NCBI GenBank assembly: GCA_963705505.1
Contig: CAVPJU010000010.1
Location: 192,001-256,000, forward strand
Source of the DNA: an uncultured bacterium
GTDB lineage: Bacteria; Desulfobacterota_D; UBA1144; Nemesobacterales; UBA2774
Length of the DNA: 64,000 nt
Direction of reading: 5' to 3'
The notes below the pieces were generated by a model. It saw only the letters and a list, made by a program, of their open reading frames with translations, did no database searches and was not told the DNA's origin. The position numbers and the translations under genes were made by a program. How positions within the stretch are numbered: position 1 is the first letter of the stretch; each line of letters begins with the position of its first letter. Positions 1-9,201 of the stretch are shown piece by piece.

Positions 1-1
1 T

Positions 2-472
2 TACCTCGAGGCCAGGTCCGCTTTCACCGCGGAGAAGGGCGAGATTGTGAACGCCGGCGGGGAAGTGCTCGGGACTCACAGGGGCGTATTCTCCTTCACC
101 GTCGGACAGAGGAGGGGCCTCGGAATCGCGACAGGCAAGCCTATGTACGTGACCCGTATAGAGCCCGGATCCAACAGGGTATTCGTAGGAGGGGAGGGTG
201 AGCTGTACAAGACAAAGCTCCTTGCCGAAGATATAACGTGGGTGGATAATTCTAATATCGCGGATATGTTAAACAACACAGTTGAAGTCAAGGCTAAAGT
301 GAGATACAGGCATCCCGAAAGCGATGCGCTGCTCAAGATGTGGAGCGATTCGGAAGGAATAGTAGAGTTCACAGACCCGCAGCGCGCAATCACGCCCGGT
401 CAGGCCGTCGTTTTCTACAAGGGGGACGAGGTGCTGGGAGGCGGATGGATAAAAGAGGTCCTCCCGCAATGA
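2..472 (+). CDS. mnmA: tRNA 2-thiouridine(34) synthase MnmA, C-terminal part (5' end outside window)
   Basis: FTVGQRRGLG, KVRYRH and PQRAITPGQAVVFY..LGGGWI motifs; frame is open from position 2; stop overlaps the mtaB start (ATGA). Confidence 0.95.
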   Translation, partial: YLEARSAFTAEKGEIVNAGGEVLGTHRGVFSFTVGQRRGLGIATGKPMYVTRIEPGSNRVFVGGEGELYKTKLLAEDITWVDNSNIADMLNNTVEVKAKVRYRHPESDALLKMWSDSEGIVEFTDPQRAITPGQAVVFYKGDEVLGGGWIKEVLPQ

Positions 473-1767
473 AGAGCATATCGGTCGTTACGCTAGGGTG
501 CAAGGTAAACCAGTACGATACGGCGGCTATACTGAACAGGCTCCCCAAGAGCAAATACGCGAGGGTGCCGTTCCCAGAGAAAGCGGACGTCTACGTTATA
601 GATACGTGCACCGTTACACACAAGGCCGACGCCGAGGCCAGGCATTACATACACAGGGCGAGGCGCGCGAACCCGGACGGCGTCGTCATCGTCACGGGCT
701 GTTACGCTCAGGTATCGCCCGACGAGCTGAAAGAGATAAAAGACGTCGATTACGTCATCGGGAACTCGCACAAATTCTCCGAGCTTCTCAAGGTGATAAG
801 GGAAGGGGAGACCCAGAGCGAGCCTAAATTATTCATTTCAGATATATTCAAAGAGAAGAAAAAGAGCTTCGAGACGCCAGGCATCGAATTTTTCCCCGGA
901 AGGACGAGGGCGTTCTTGAAAGTGCAGGACGGCTGCAACTACGCCTGCACTTTCTGCATAATACCGCGCGCGAGGGGAAGGTCGAGGAGTCTCCCGGTAG
1001 GGGATATATTGAACCGCATGGAGAAGCTCGCCGACGCGGGTTATAAAGAGATAGTGCTCACGGGCGTGCACATAGCAAGCTACGGCAGGGACATCGGCTC
1101 GAGCTTCTTTGAGCTCCTGAAAAGCATCGAGAATGAGAAGATCGTAAATCGCGTCCGCCTCACGTCTTTAGACCCCGCCGACACGGACGAAGACCTCATC
1201 GAGTTCATCGCGTCCGCCGAAACTATATGCCCCCAGTTCCACATCGCCCTTCAGAGCGGCGACGGTGGCGTGCTCAGGAGGATGAGGAGACGCTATGCGC
1301 CCGAAAGGTTCCTCACGCTCACAAACCTCATACGCAAGATGATTCCCGACGCGGCCATAGGCTCGGATATCATGGTCGGGTTCCCGGGAGAGACAGAGGA
1401 GGAGTTTCAGAGCACTTACGACATCGCAGAGGAATCGCCGCTAACTTATTTTCACGTGTTTCCATATTCTAAGCGCAGGTCGACGCCCGCGGCCTCGATG
1501 GCCGGCCAGGTGCATCCCGATAAGATTAAAGCGAGGAGCGCACTCTTAAGAGAGCTCGGCAGCAAAAAGAAGGCGGCGTTTTACCGGAGCTTCATAGGAA
1601 GGACTTTCCCCATACTCGTCGAGAAGGGCGGGAAGGGCACTACGCCCAACTACATACCGGTGCGTCTCCCGGATGAATGCTTCAATGTCGGAGACGAGAT
1701 CGAAGTCACGATCACCGGGGTCGCCCGAGAAGAGGCCCTGGCGTCCTGCATCCGCGGCCTCTCCTGA
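469..1767 (+). CDS. mtaB: tRNA t6A methylthiotransferase MtaB (radical SAM, MiaB family)
   Basis: TLGCKVNQYD N-terminus; radical SAM motif KVQDGCNYACTFC; HVFPYSKR. Start placed at ATG 469 rather than 340. Confidence 0.9.
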   Translation: MKSISVVTLGCKVNQYDTAAILNRLPKSKYARVPFPEKADVYVIDTCTVTHKADAEARHYIHRARRANPDGVVIVTGCYAQVSPDELKEIKDVDYVIGNSHKFSELLKVIREGETQSEPKLFISDIFKEKKKSFETPGIEFFPGRTRAFLKVQDGCNYACTFCIIPRARGRSRSLPVGDILNRMEKLADAGYKEIVLTGVHIASYGRDIGSSFFELLKSIENEKIVNRVRLTSLDPADTDEDLIEFIASAETICPQFHIALQSGDGGVLRRMRRRYAPERFLTLTNLIRKMIPDAAIGSDIMVGFPGETEEEFQSTYDIAEESPLTYFHVFPYSKRRSTPAASMAGQVHPDKIKARSALLRELGSKKKAAFYRSFIGRTFPILVEKGGKGTTPNYIPVRLPDECFNVGDEIEVTITGVAREEALASCIRGLS

Positions 1768-1788
1768 CCTCGTATTATTTAACTGAGA

Positions 1789-2700
1789 ATGAAAAGACGT
1801 TTAGTACCACTATTACTTTTCTTTTTCCTCACGCTCACAGGCTGCAATGTCGGTGCTTCATCGGGCAAGGCGCTTACGGCGGAGAACTGGTTCATACCGG
1901 ACGAAACGCTCACCGTATGGACGCTCTCAGACACTCATATCAAAAATGAAGCACACATCAAGCCTTTCCAAAACGCGATCGGGGATATTAACGAGAACGT
2001 CCCGGATATAGACATGGCTATCAATGCGGGCGACGTAGTAAATTTTCCGACTGAGGAGAGCTATGACCTCTATATCAGGACGAGAGACCAGTCCTACATC
2101 AAGGAATGGCACGAGATAATCGGTAACCACGATTACAAGACGGACAAGGGGAAAATATTCCAATCGAAGCTCAAGGAAAAGCCGAACTATACCGTCGAGA
2201 AGGGGAACATACTCTTCATCTTCATGTCAAACGCCGACAGGGGCAAAGCAACGGTCATTTCGGACGAGACGTTCGAATGGTGGAAAGATCTCGTTATAAA
2301 GAATCAGGATAAAATCATAGTCGTTATTACGCACGCGCCGCTCGACGGGAGCGGAATAACGTTCTCCGGCATTAAGGAGAGGCAGATAACGGACTCGAAA
2401 AGGTTCAGGGATGTGCTCAAGAAATACAAAGTCGATCTCTGGTTCTCGGGACACCTCCATATCCCGCAGGAGATGTTCGGCACCATCGTGAAACAGAAAA
2501 AATTAAACGGCACCGTTTTTATCGAGTTATCGTCCATACGCCCTGACATTATGGGTATGAAGGAGCCCGAATCGAGGGTCGTGTACTTTGCCTGCGGGAC
2601 CGACAAGGTGCTGGTGAGGTCGCGTAACCATGAGATGAGGACATTCATGCCAGCCCTCGACAAGGTCTTCACGCTCTCAAAGCCCTATAAGTGCGACTGA
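1789..2700 (+). CDS. Lipoprotein, calcineurin-like metallophosphoesterase
   Basis: Signal peptide with lipobox LTGC; motifs SDTH, GDVV, GNHD, TH, GHLH. Confidence 0.85.
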   Translation: MKRRLVPLLLFFFLTLTGCNVGASSGKALTAENWFIPDETLTVWTLSDTHIKNEAHIKPFQNAIGDINENVPDIDMAINAGDVVNFPTEESYDLYIRTRDQSYIKEWHEIIGNHDYKTDKGKIFQSKLKEKPNYTVEKGNILFIFMSNADRGKATVISDETFEWWKDLVIKNQDKIIVVITHAPLDGSGITFSGIKERQITDSKRFRDVLKKYKVDLWFSGHLHIPQEMFGTIVKQKKLNGTVFIELSSIRPDIMGMKEPESRVVYFACGTDKVLVRSRNHEMRTFMPALDKVFTLSKPYKCD

Positions 2701-3039
2701 CACACGATGTGTGCGGATAAACGTTACTTCCATAAATCATCAGCCGGTCAACAAACGTAGCCGCGACCGCGGCAATCTTCGTCTTATTATTAGTCGTCAT
2801 TCACGAATAACGATTGTAAGCGAGCGCACAATCGGCAGCTCCTGGTTGATTACAAATAAATTCTGTATCTCATGGCGCTTCAGCGATACAAGTCGAAAAA
2901 ATCGGGAATCCCTCTCTTTTGTCTTGTCATTTCGAAGCGGAGTGCGAGCAATTTATCTTTTACCATTCTCCATTATCATTTCAACTGTAGGAGCGCCATT
3001 CTAGCGCGATGTATAGGAGAGTAAGGGCGGATTCCCCGC

Positions 3040-4645
3040 TCACAGCATCTTCCGCTTCCTCTTGAGGTAATCGACGAAGAGGTATTTCCCGAGCTGATCG
3101 GGGGTGGTGAAAAAGGCGCGTCCCTTGTTGATGCGGGTCATCTCGTCCACGAAGCGCCTCAGAGAAGGACTGTCGTCGAGCATGAACGTATTTATGCGTA
3201 TTCCCATGCCGGTCACCCGCTTCACTTCTTTTAAGCGTTTCAAAAGTGGCTCTGGGAGAGAGCCCCCCGAAGAACATCGGCAGCTCGACCTGGAGATAGC
3301 CGTCGAGGTAATATGCCGTGGGCTGCCCGTCTGTGATAAGTATTATCTGCTTGTTCGTGTTCCTGTACCTGGATAGCGTCTTCGCCGCGACGGAAAGTGC
3401 TTCCTGGATATTAGTGAACGGGTCGTTCGAATCCCAGGTCGTCACGGCGAGGTCTTTGGTCTTGAGCCTTCTGGCCCCCGTGGAAAACCCTATTATATGG
3501 AAATCGTCCTTCGGGTATTTCGTCCTTATCAGATGGTCGAGCGCGAGCGCGACCCTTTTAGCCGCCGGGAACCTGCCCTGAAAGCTCATCGACCAGCTGA
3601 GGTCGAGGAGCAGCGCCGTCGTCGCGTGCGTATGGTATTCGGTTTCATAGACCTCGAAGTCCTCGGGCTCTACCTTGATCCCTTTACCATCGGGCTCCCT
3701 GACGAGGGATTTTTTGAGCGTGTTCACTATATTGAGGTTAAACGGGTCCCCGAACTCGTACTCTTTGGACTCTTCGGGCTTTGCAGAGCCGGATCCCCTG
3801 AGCCCCGTCTCGTGCTCGGCGACCTTGTTGCGTTTAAGCGATGAGAATATATCCGTAAGGGCGGACTCTCCGAGCTTCCTTATGCCCCTCGGCGTAAGCT
3901 CCGTACGCTCGCCGCTAGTCCGGATAAAACCGGATTTCTCGAGTGTGGATTTAAAGCTCTTTAGGAGAATCAACGATCTATGAGCTTCCCCGCTCAAAAT
4001 ATCGCCCAGTGCTTCGGGGCTTATCTCGTCGAAATTCCCCGAGATGAGGCTCTTCTCGATCCTCTCCAGCCCTTCGAGCCTGTCTATCAATTCCAGGAGA
4101 CGGTCGAACTCGATAGGGGATTCACCCGTAAACTTCTCACCGTAACGTTTGATGAACCTCTCGACTTTCTTTATGTCTTCTATCCTGTCGAGGAGCGCCC
4201 GGAACCTCTCTCCCGCCTCCTGGTCAAGGAATTCATAATCCTTCAGGCTCTCGACCGCCGAGCTAGGCTTTCCCTGAAGGCTGTTAAGGAAATTTTCCCT
4301 CTCCTCCAGGTCGGAAGAATCGGCAGGCAGGACACTGTTTAAATAACTCAGCTCACGGTCGATTATTTCCCCGAGCTCGTCTTTTATCTCCGCGAGTGCA
4401 GCCTTCGGGTTATACCTGTCATAGACATTCTGCCTCCAGCCCCCAAGCTCGGAGCGGAGATCGTCTATCCCCATGACCCTCATCCTGAGTCCCTTGAGCC
4501 CTTGCTTCAGTATCCATTCGTAGGCCTCATCAGGGGTCCAGCCCTCCATAAGGTAATCCGAGAACTCGCTGAAGAAGTCCTCAGCGCCGAGATCCAGCCC
4601 GGACTGTGTCCCGTCCCACTTCGTGTACTTGTACGTGACAGTCAT
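3040..4645 (-). CDS. VWA-domain protein, partner of the upstream AAA+ ATPase; frameshifted near 3229-3232
   Basis: Start MTVTYKYTKWDG overlaps the ATPase stop (ATGA); MIDAS motif DLSWSM, TNIQEAL, ITDGQPT. The C-terminus (KEVKRVT..INTFML..GRAFFT) is in ORF 3040-3243, one base out of frame. Confidence 0.85.
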
Positions 4646-6039
4646 TTGTATACTATCTTTCCTCTGACGTTTTCCTTGTTCAGCTTGTTGCTGAGATGGA
4701 GCCCTTCGAGAGTGAACTCCACGGCCGAAGCTATCTCCGCCGGGGACTCCGCTATACCCAGCGCGTCGATACACCTCTGGAGCCCCTTTATCTCCTTTAC
4801 GCCCAATATATAATCCTCCGAAGGCATCACGTCGGCTACCTCTACATAGCCGTGCTCGAAGCTTGTTATGAGCTCGGACATTATATCGAGAGAAGGGAAA
4901 TAGGCATCGAACACGGTTTTAATGGAGCGCTTTATGAGCTTTTCCACGACCGCCCCCTCCGAGGAGTCCTCGCCCAGGTATTCGAGCTCTATTTTTCCGC
5001 TCGTCGAGGGGACGATGGACGGGAAATCCGTTATCCTGGGCGCGACTTCCCGCTCGCCCAGCCTGATTCCCCTCTTTTCCGCAGCCGCAATGATGCTTTC
5101 GTAGTTAGCTATAGTGGTCCTCACGCTCACGCCCGAGCGCTGGTTTATATCGCCCGAGCTTCTCGCCTGAAACGATATCTCTGCGATTATCTCCTTAATG
5201 AACCTCGGTACCCTGAGCGCGAAGCCGTCGACGTCTGGAACGTACGATTCCTGCTCCATGATCATTATCTCTACCTCCCGTGTCCTCGGGTAATGTGTGC
5301 TGATCTGCGCCTGGAACCTGTCCTTGAGCGGTGTGATTATCCTTCCCCTGTTCGTGTAGTCCTCGGGGTTCGCGGTGGCCACCATGCAGATGTCGAGAGG
5401 GAGCCTGATCTTGTAGCCTTTTATCTGGATGTCCTTCTCCTCCATCACGTTAAAGAGCCCCACCTGAACCTTTTCAACGAGGTCCGGAAGCTCGTTTATC
5501 GCGAAAATTCCCCTGTTAGTCCTGGGTATAAGACCGAAGTGTATTGTGAGCTCGTCCGACAGGTATCTCCCTTCGGCGACTTTTATAGGGTCTACTTCCC
5601 CTATTAAATCGGCCACCGAAACGTCGGGCGTCGCCAGCTTCTCGCTGTACCTGGCTTCCCGGCCTATCCACTCTATCTCCGTGTCGTCCCCGTACTTCCC
5701 GACCAGCTCCCTGCAGTATCTCGTAACCGGGGCGTAGGGGCTGTCGTTGAGCTCGCCCCCCTTTATAACGGGCACCTCGTCGTCGAGGAGGTTTACGAGA
5801 GCCCTGATGAGCCGTGACTTGGCCTGCCCCCTTTCGCCGATGAATATCAGGTCGTGCCCCGCCAGCACAGCGGTCTCGATCTGCGGAATAACGGTCTCTT
5901 CGTACCCGATGATCCCCGGGAATACGGTCTCGCCGCTCCTCAGCTTCCGTATGAGGTTCTTCCTCATTTCGTCCTTCACGGAGAGCACCCTGTATTCGCT
6001 TGCCTTTAGTTCCCCGATCGTTGCGGGTTTCTGGAACAT
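4642..6039 (-). CDS. Magnesium-chelatase-like AAA+ ATPase (Rv0958-like family)
   Basis: Walker A GERGQAKS; Walker B variant FAINELPDL; ATANPEDYTNRGRIITPLKDRF. Confidence 0.85.
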   Translation of the reverse strand: MFQKPATIGELKASEYRVLSVKDEMRKNLIRKLRSGETVFPGIIGYEETVIPQIETAVLAGHDLIFIGERGQAKSRLIRALVNLLDDEVPVIKGGELNDSPYAPVTRYCRELVGKYGDDTEIEWIGREARYSEKLATPDVSVADLIGEVDPIKVAEGRYLSDELTIHFGLIPRTNRGIFAINELPDLVEKVQVGLFNVMEEKDIQIKGYKIRLPLDICMVATANPEDYTNRGRIITPLKDRFQAQISTHYPRTREVEIMIMEQESYVPDVDGFALRVPRFIKEIIAEISFQARSSGDINQRSGVSVRTTIANYESIIAAAEKRGIRLGEREVAPRITDFPSIVPSTSGKIELEYLGEDSSEGAVVEKLIKRSIKTVFDAYFPSLDIMSELITSFEHGYVEVADVMPSEDYILGVKEIKGLQRCIDALGIAESPAEIASAVEFTLEGLHLSNKLNKENVRGKIVYK

Positions 6040-6277
6040 TATTTTATCCCTCCGGAATATTCGGCTTTCTTTCCTTCTCTCCTGCGTGACGTATTCATCA
6101 GGACAGCCTCAGTCATCGGCAGACTCACAATATACGGCTTCATTCAGCAGCGCCGTAAAAACAGGCTTCCGCTACTTACAAGTTTACACGGAAAATTATA
6201 ATCGTATTCCGTGTCGTTTTGAAGCCGAATTATTCCCATTCACCCCGTTCGGTCTTTTAAAGAGCGGGGACCGGGGA

Positions 6278-6283
6278 TATAAT
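6278..6283 (+). promoter_or_regulatory. Candidate sigma70 -10 box (TATAAT) for the structured leader and anti-sigma gene
   Basis: Perfect TATAAT about 200 nt upstream of ATG 6488; weak -35 (TTTTAA) 17 nt upstream. Confidence 0.4.
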
Positions 6284-6293
6284 GATGATGTAA

Positions 6294-6472
6294 TAAGGGA
6301 CGGAATAAACGGCTTTCAGAGTCGAGTCCCTTAATTTTTCATCTAACAGTGGTGGAGGGAGCGGCCGGAGTACCCGTCTCAAGGTGTCGGGGACTCAAGA
6401 TCCTGCTTCAAATTGTGTTCCGACAGGCATAGTTCGCCCAGAGGTACGGTATTTGGAACGGTGCGCCCTTCC
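6294..6472 (+). ncRNA. Candidate structured ncRNA or cis-regulatory leader, family unassigned
   Basis: Hairpin TAAGGGAC(6294-6301)/GTCCCTTA(6326-6333), then a nested rod: 6354-6367 with 6459-6472, GTACC(6370-6374)/GGTAC(6443-6447), and 6385-6398 with 6413-6425. G-U pairs favour the + strand. Confidence 0.45.
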
Positions 6473-6487
6473 GGAGAAAGCGTCATC

Positions 6488-6727
6488 ATGTTCATGTGCA
6501 GGGATCTTGTCGAGAATATAATGGATTACATAGATAACGAGCTCGACCTTAAAACGCTCGAAGAGCTGGAAAAGCACGCGAACGAGTGTCCCGAATGCAG
6601 AGCGTTCGTGGATACCTACAAGAGGATGCTCGAGCTTACCGGAAAGCTTAAGGACAGCTCGTTCGTCACGCCGGAAATAAGAAACAGGCTTAAAATCCTC
6701 CTTAAATCGAAGATCAAGCCGAGTTAA
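6488..6727 (+). CDS. Small zinc-binding anti-sigma factor (zf-HC2/ZAS domain)
   Basis: N-terminal Cys plus HxxxCxxC motif (HANECPEC); DYIDNEL; GGAG RBS at 6473-6476. Confidence 0.85.
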   Translation: MFMCRDLVENIMDYIDNELDLKTLEELEKHANECPECRAFVDTYKRMLELTGKLKDSSFVTPEIRNRLKILLKSKIKPS

Positions 6728-6984
6728 CCCCTCTCGGTTGCCAACTTTAATCAATTAGTATCCGTATCCGTATTTCTTTAAAAGCGAATCTCCAATAAAA
6801 CGGGTAGATTCCATATTGAGAAATCTAATGTTTTTCATGATACCTTTGTGTCCCGGCGGCTATCTTTCACTACAATCCTTCCCCTCGTTTATAAATCCCC
6901 GGCCCCCGGCGCGACGCAAAAAATTAATTTACTATTCTCTCCGTTCCGTATATATACTATAATGATTAACTTAGATGGGTTCAG

Positions 6985-8331
6985 ATGAAAGGGGATATTG
7001 ACAAGGATCTCGCTCAGGAGAATCTGAAAAGGATTTCTGCTAATTTCGAACTGGAGCTCCTGCGTCTCATAAAGACGCTAAACCTGATTTCCCAGTCAAA
7101 GGAGCTTTATAAAGGGCAGATAACCTTCATTCAGGCGCTGACTGACAGATATAAGCTGAGGTTAAGCGATTTCACTATACGTCTTCTCGACATGGAGAGG
7201 AAGTCGCATGAGGTTTCCCTCGCCCAGGATACGGAAAACCTGTTCACTCCCCCTAAAGAGTCCTCGCTCAGCCCCGCTGCCGTCATCGAAGTCATAACCG
7301 AAATCAGGCAATACTTTAACGAGATCAGCACGGAGATCGAAAGCAACAAAAACGATTATCTGAATAAGCTCGATTCTATTTACGCCGTGTATAACCTCCA
7401 GCTGGGCGCCTCCCAGACAGACCTCGACCTCAAGCTGAGGGAGCTCCAGAGGGAGATATCCCGCGTTTCCGATTCCAACGGCTCCGGCGGCAGCGAAAAG
7501 GATAAAGCCGCGGACATCACACAAATCGATTATGTAAAACCGACTCTCCAGCAGCCTGAAACCCTGAAGCCTAAGGAGAGAAGAATAGACTACATAGGAC
7601 CCGACGAGCCGAAAACTCAGGTCCCTCATAAACCTGCCGCGCAAGCAACGCCTAACGCCAAGGCAAAAACTGAAACAAAAACCGGCGCCAAGGCAGCGGG
7701 CGAGGAAGAGGAGAAGGACACAAAGATAAAAAACTCATACGTCATCGGCGCGGGTCTCCTGATCCTCGGCATCATCGTGGGCGTCCTTTTCTATGACATG
7801 CTCATGAGGATGTGGGGAGTCGAGGACGTTTCCGTCGTGGACACCAAAACTTATTCTCCCCCCGGCAGTAAAGGCGTTCAGAAAGCCCCCGCTCCGCCGG
7901 CAGCAAAAAAAGAAGCAAAAGCCCCCGCAGCTCCGGATTCCGGGACTGAAAAGGCAAAGGAAGATAACAATTTATTCCCAATGACAAAGCCGCAGCAGCA
8001 AGCGGAAGCAGAGAAACCTTCAAAGCCCGTCGAAACCGTTACCGATCAGGTACAGCCAAAGGCGGAGAAGGAGACATCTTCGGCTCCCCCCGTCGAGTCC
8101 GATCAATCCAAACAGATAGCAACGCCGGGAGCGCAGGTTAGCTACACGGTTATAGGCGTCGGCGCTAACGTCAGGAACGGTCCCGGAATGGGCAACGACA
8201 TCGTCACCGTCGTAAACGAGGGCGATGTATTCAAAGGATTAGGGGAACAGAGCGGAAGGTGGGTAAAGATCCTCGCGCCCGACGGCAAAGAGGGCTGGAT
8301 ATCGACGAAAGTCGTCCGGGTCGTCGAATAA
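6985..8331 (+). CDS. Bitopic membrane protein: coiled-coil N-terminus, one TM helix, P/A/K/E-rich linker, C-terminal bacterial SH3 (SH3b) domain
   Basis: TM segment YVIGAGLLILGIIVGVLFY; SH3b signature ANVRNGPG..IV..V..G..WVKI..DGKEGWIS. Confidence 0.75.
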   Translation: MKGDIDKDLAQENLKRISANFELELLRLIKTLNLISQSKELYKGQITFIQALTDRYKLRLSDFTIRLLDMERKSHEVSLAQDTENLFTPPKESSLSPAAVIEVITEIRQYFNEISTEIESNKNDYLNKLDSIYAVYNLQLGASQTDLDLKLRELQREISRVSDSNGSGGSEKDKAADITQIDYVKPTLQQPETLKPKERRIDYIGPDEPKTQVPHKPAAQATPNAKAKTETKTGAKAAGEEEEKDTKIKNSYVIGAGLLILGIIVGVLFYDMLMRMWGVEDVSVVDTKTYSPPGSKGVQKAPAPPAAKKEAKAPAAPDSGTEKAKEDNNLFPMTKPQQQAEAEKPSKPVETVTDQVQPKAEKETSSAPPVESDQSKQIATPGAQVSYTVIGVGANVRNGPGMGNDIVTVVNEGDVFKGLGEQSGRWVKILAPDGKEGWISTKVVRVVE

Positions 8332-8373
8332 ACCCGTAACCGGAGACCCCCGGGCCGCCATTCACTGTAAAAA

Positions 8374-9063
8374 CTAATTCGTTTTCGATTTCTTCGATTG
8401 CGGTTGAGGTTTGAGGTTCGCAGAGGACATGCCGGGGCTCAAACCAGTATCAGTTTTGTAGAGCTCCTTATATATCGCGTCCGCTTTCTGGGGCTGCCCG
8501 AGCTTCTCATACGCCATCGCCATGTGAATTTGTGCCCGCTCTTCATAGGGGCTTCCTTGGCCGCGCGGGAATTTCGAAAGGAATTCTATCGCCTGCTGCC
8601 ACTCTCCCTGTTTAAACCTCGCAAGCCCCTGAGTAAGCACCGCAGATTGGTTCAGCGTGTCTTCATCTACACCCGCGTCGAGAAATTCGTTGAGATCGTT
8701 TATGCACTCGTCGTACTTCCCGAGCTTGAAGTTGATGATACCGGCATAGTATATAGCGATATCCGTGATTTTCCGATCCGGATATTTCGTTTTGAGCGAG
8801 AGGAATTCACTCAAAGCCTCCTCATTATTTCCCGCGTTATACTTTTTTACGGCCTCGTTGAACATAGTTACGGCTTCCTCGCCCTTGTTTTCCCTGTAGC
8901 CGTTCGCAATGTACGCCGCCACGAGCACGGCGATGATTATAACTACAAACAAGACTATCTTTCTGGAGTGATCGGAGAAGTATTCGAAGCCCGCAATGAC
9001 GGTACTGCTGAACTTATCGGGCCCTTTGAGCTCTTTCTGTGTGTATTTGATTTTCTTTGCCAT
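8374..9063 (-). CDS. Membrane-anchored tetratricopeptide repeat protein (YfgM-like)
   Basis: KELKGPDKF N-terminus, one TM helix, repeated TPR-like helices (AIYYAG..KLGKYDEC; AMAYEKLGQPQKA). Confidence 0.75.
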   Translation of the reverse strand: MAKKIKYTQKELKGPDKFSSTVIAGFEYFSDHSRKIVLFVVIIIAVLVAAYIANGYRENKGEEAVTMFNEAVKKYNAGNNEEALSEFLSLKTKYPDRKITDIAIYYAGIINFKLGKYDECINDLNEFLDAGVDEDTLNQSAVLTQGLARFKQGEWQQAIEFLSKFPRGQGSPYEERAQIHMAMAYEKLGQPQKADAIYKELYKTDTGLSPGMSSANLKPQPQSKKSKTN

Positions 9064-9201
9064 GGGGAGAATTATAATCAGAGGCATCAGAAATACAAGA
9101 TTATTAGACGCGCCCCGAATACGCCCGGGCGCTGCGCCTGATCCCTTCCTTTTCCTTGCGGTTTCACGCCCTTAGAGCTAAACTAAACTGAGGGCACGGG
9201 C

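Noticed and set aside
2711..3004. 97-aa ORF in the convergent spacer
   Set aside because: No RBS, Ser/Arg/Ile-rich composition and no recognisable motif.
6336..6400. SAM-I riboswitch-like string (CATC..AGTGGTGGAGGGA..GGCC..AAGGTG)
   Set aside because: It lacks GCAACC, the pseudoknot complement and the 3' P1 strand (GAUGA/GAUAA), and the downstream gene is unrelated to sulfur metabolism.
6349..6472. tRNA-Sec or tmRNA resemblance (CTTCAAA on +; CCTCCACCA end on -)
   Set aside because: No anticodon stem around CTTCAAA, no GTTCRA T-loop and no cloverleaf.
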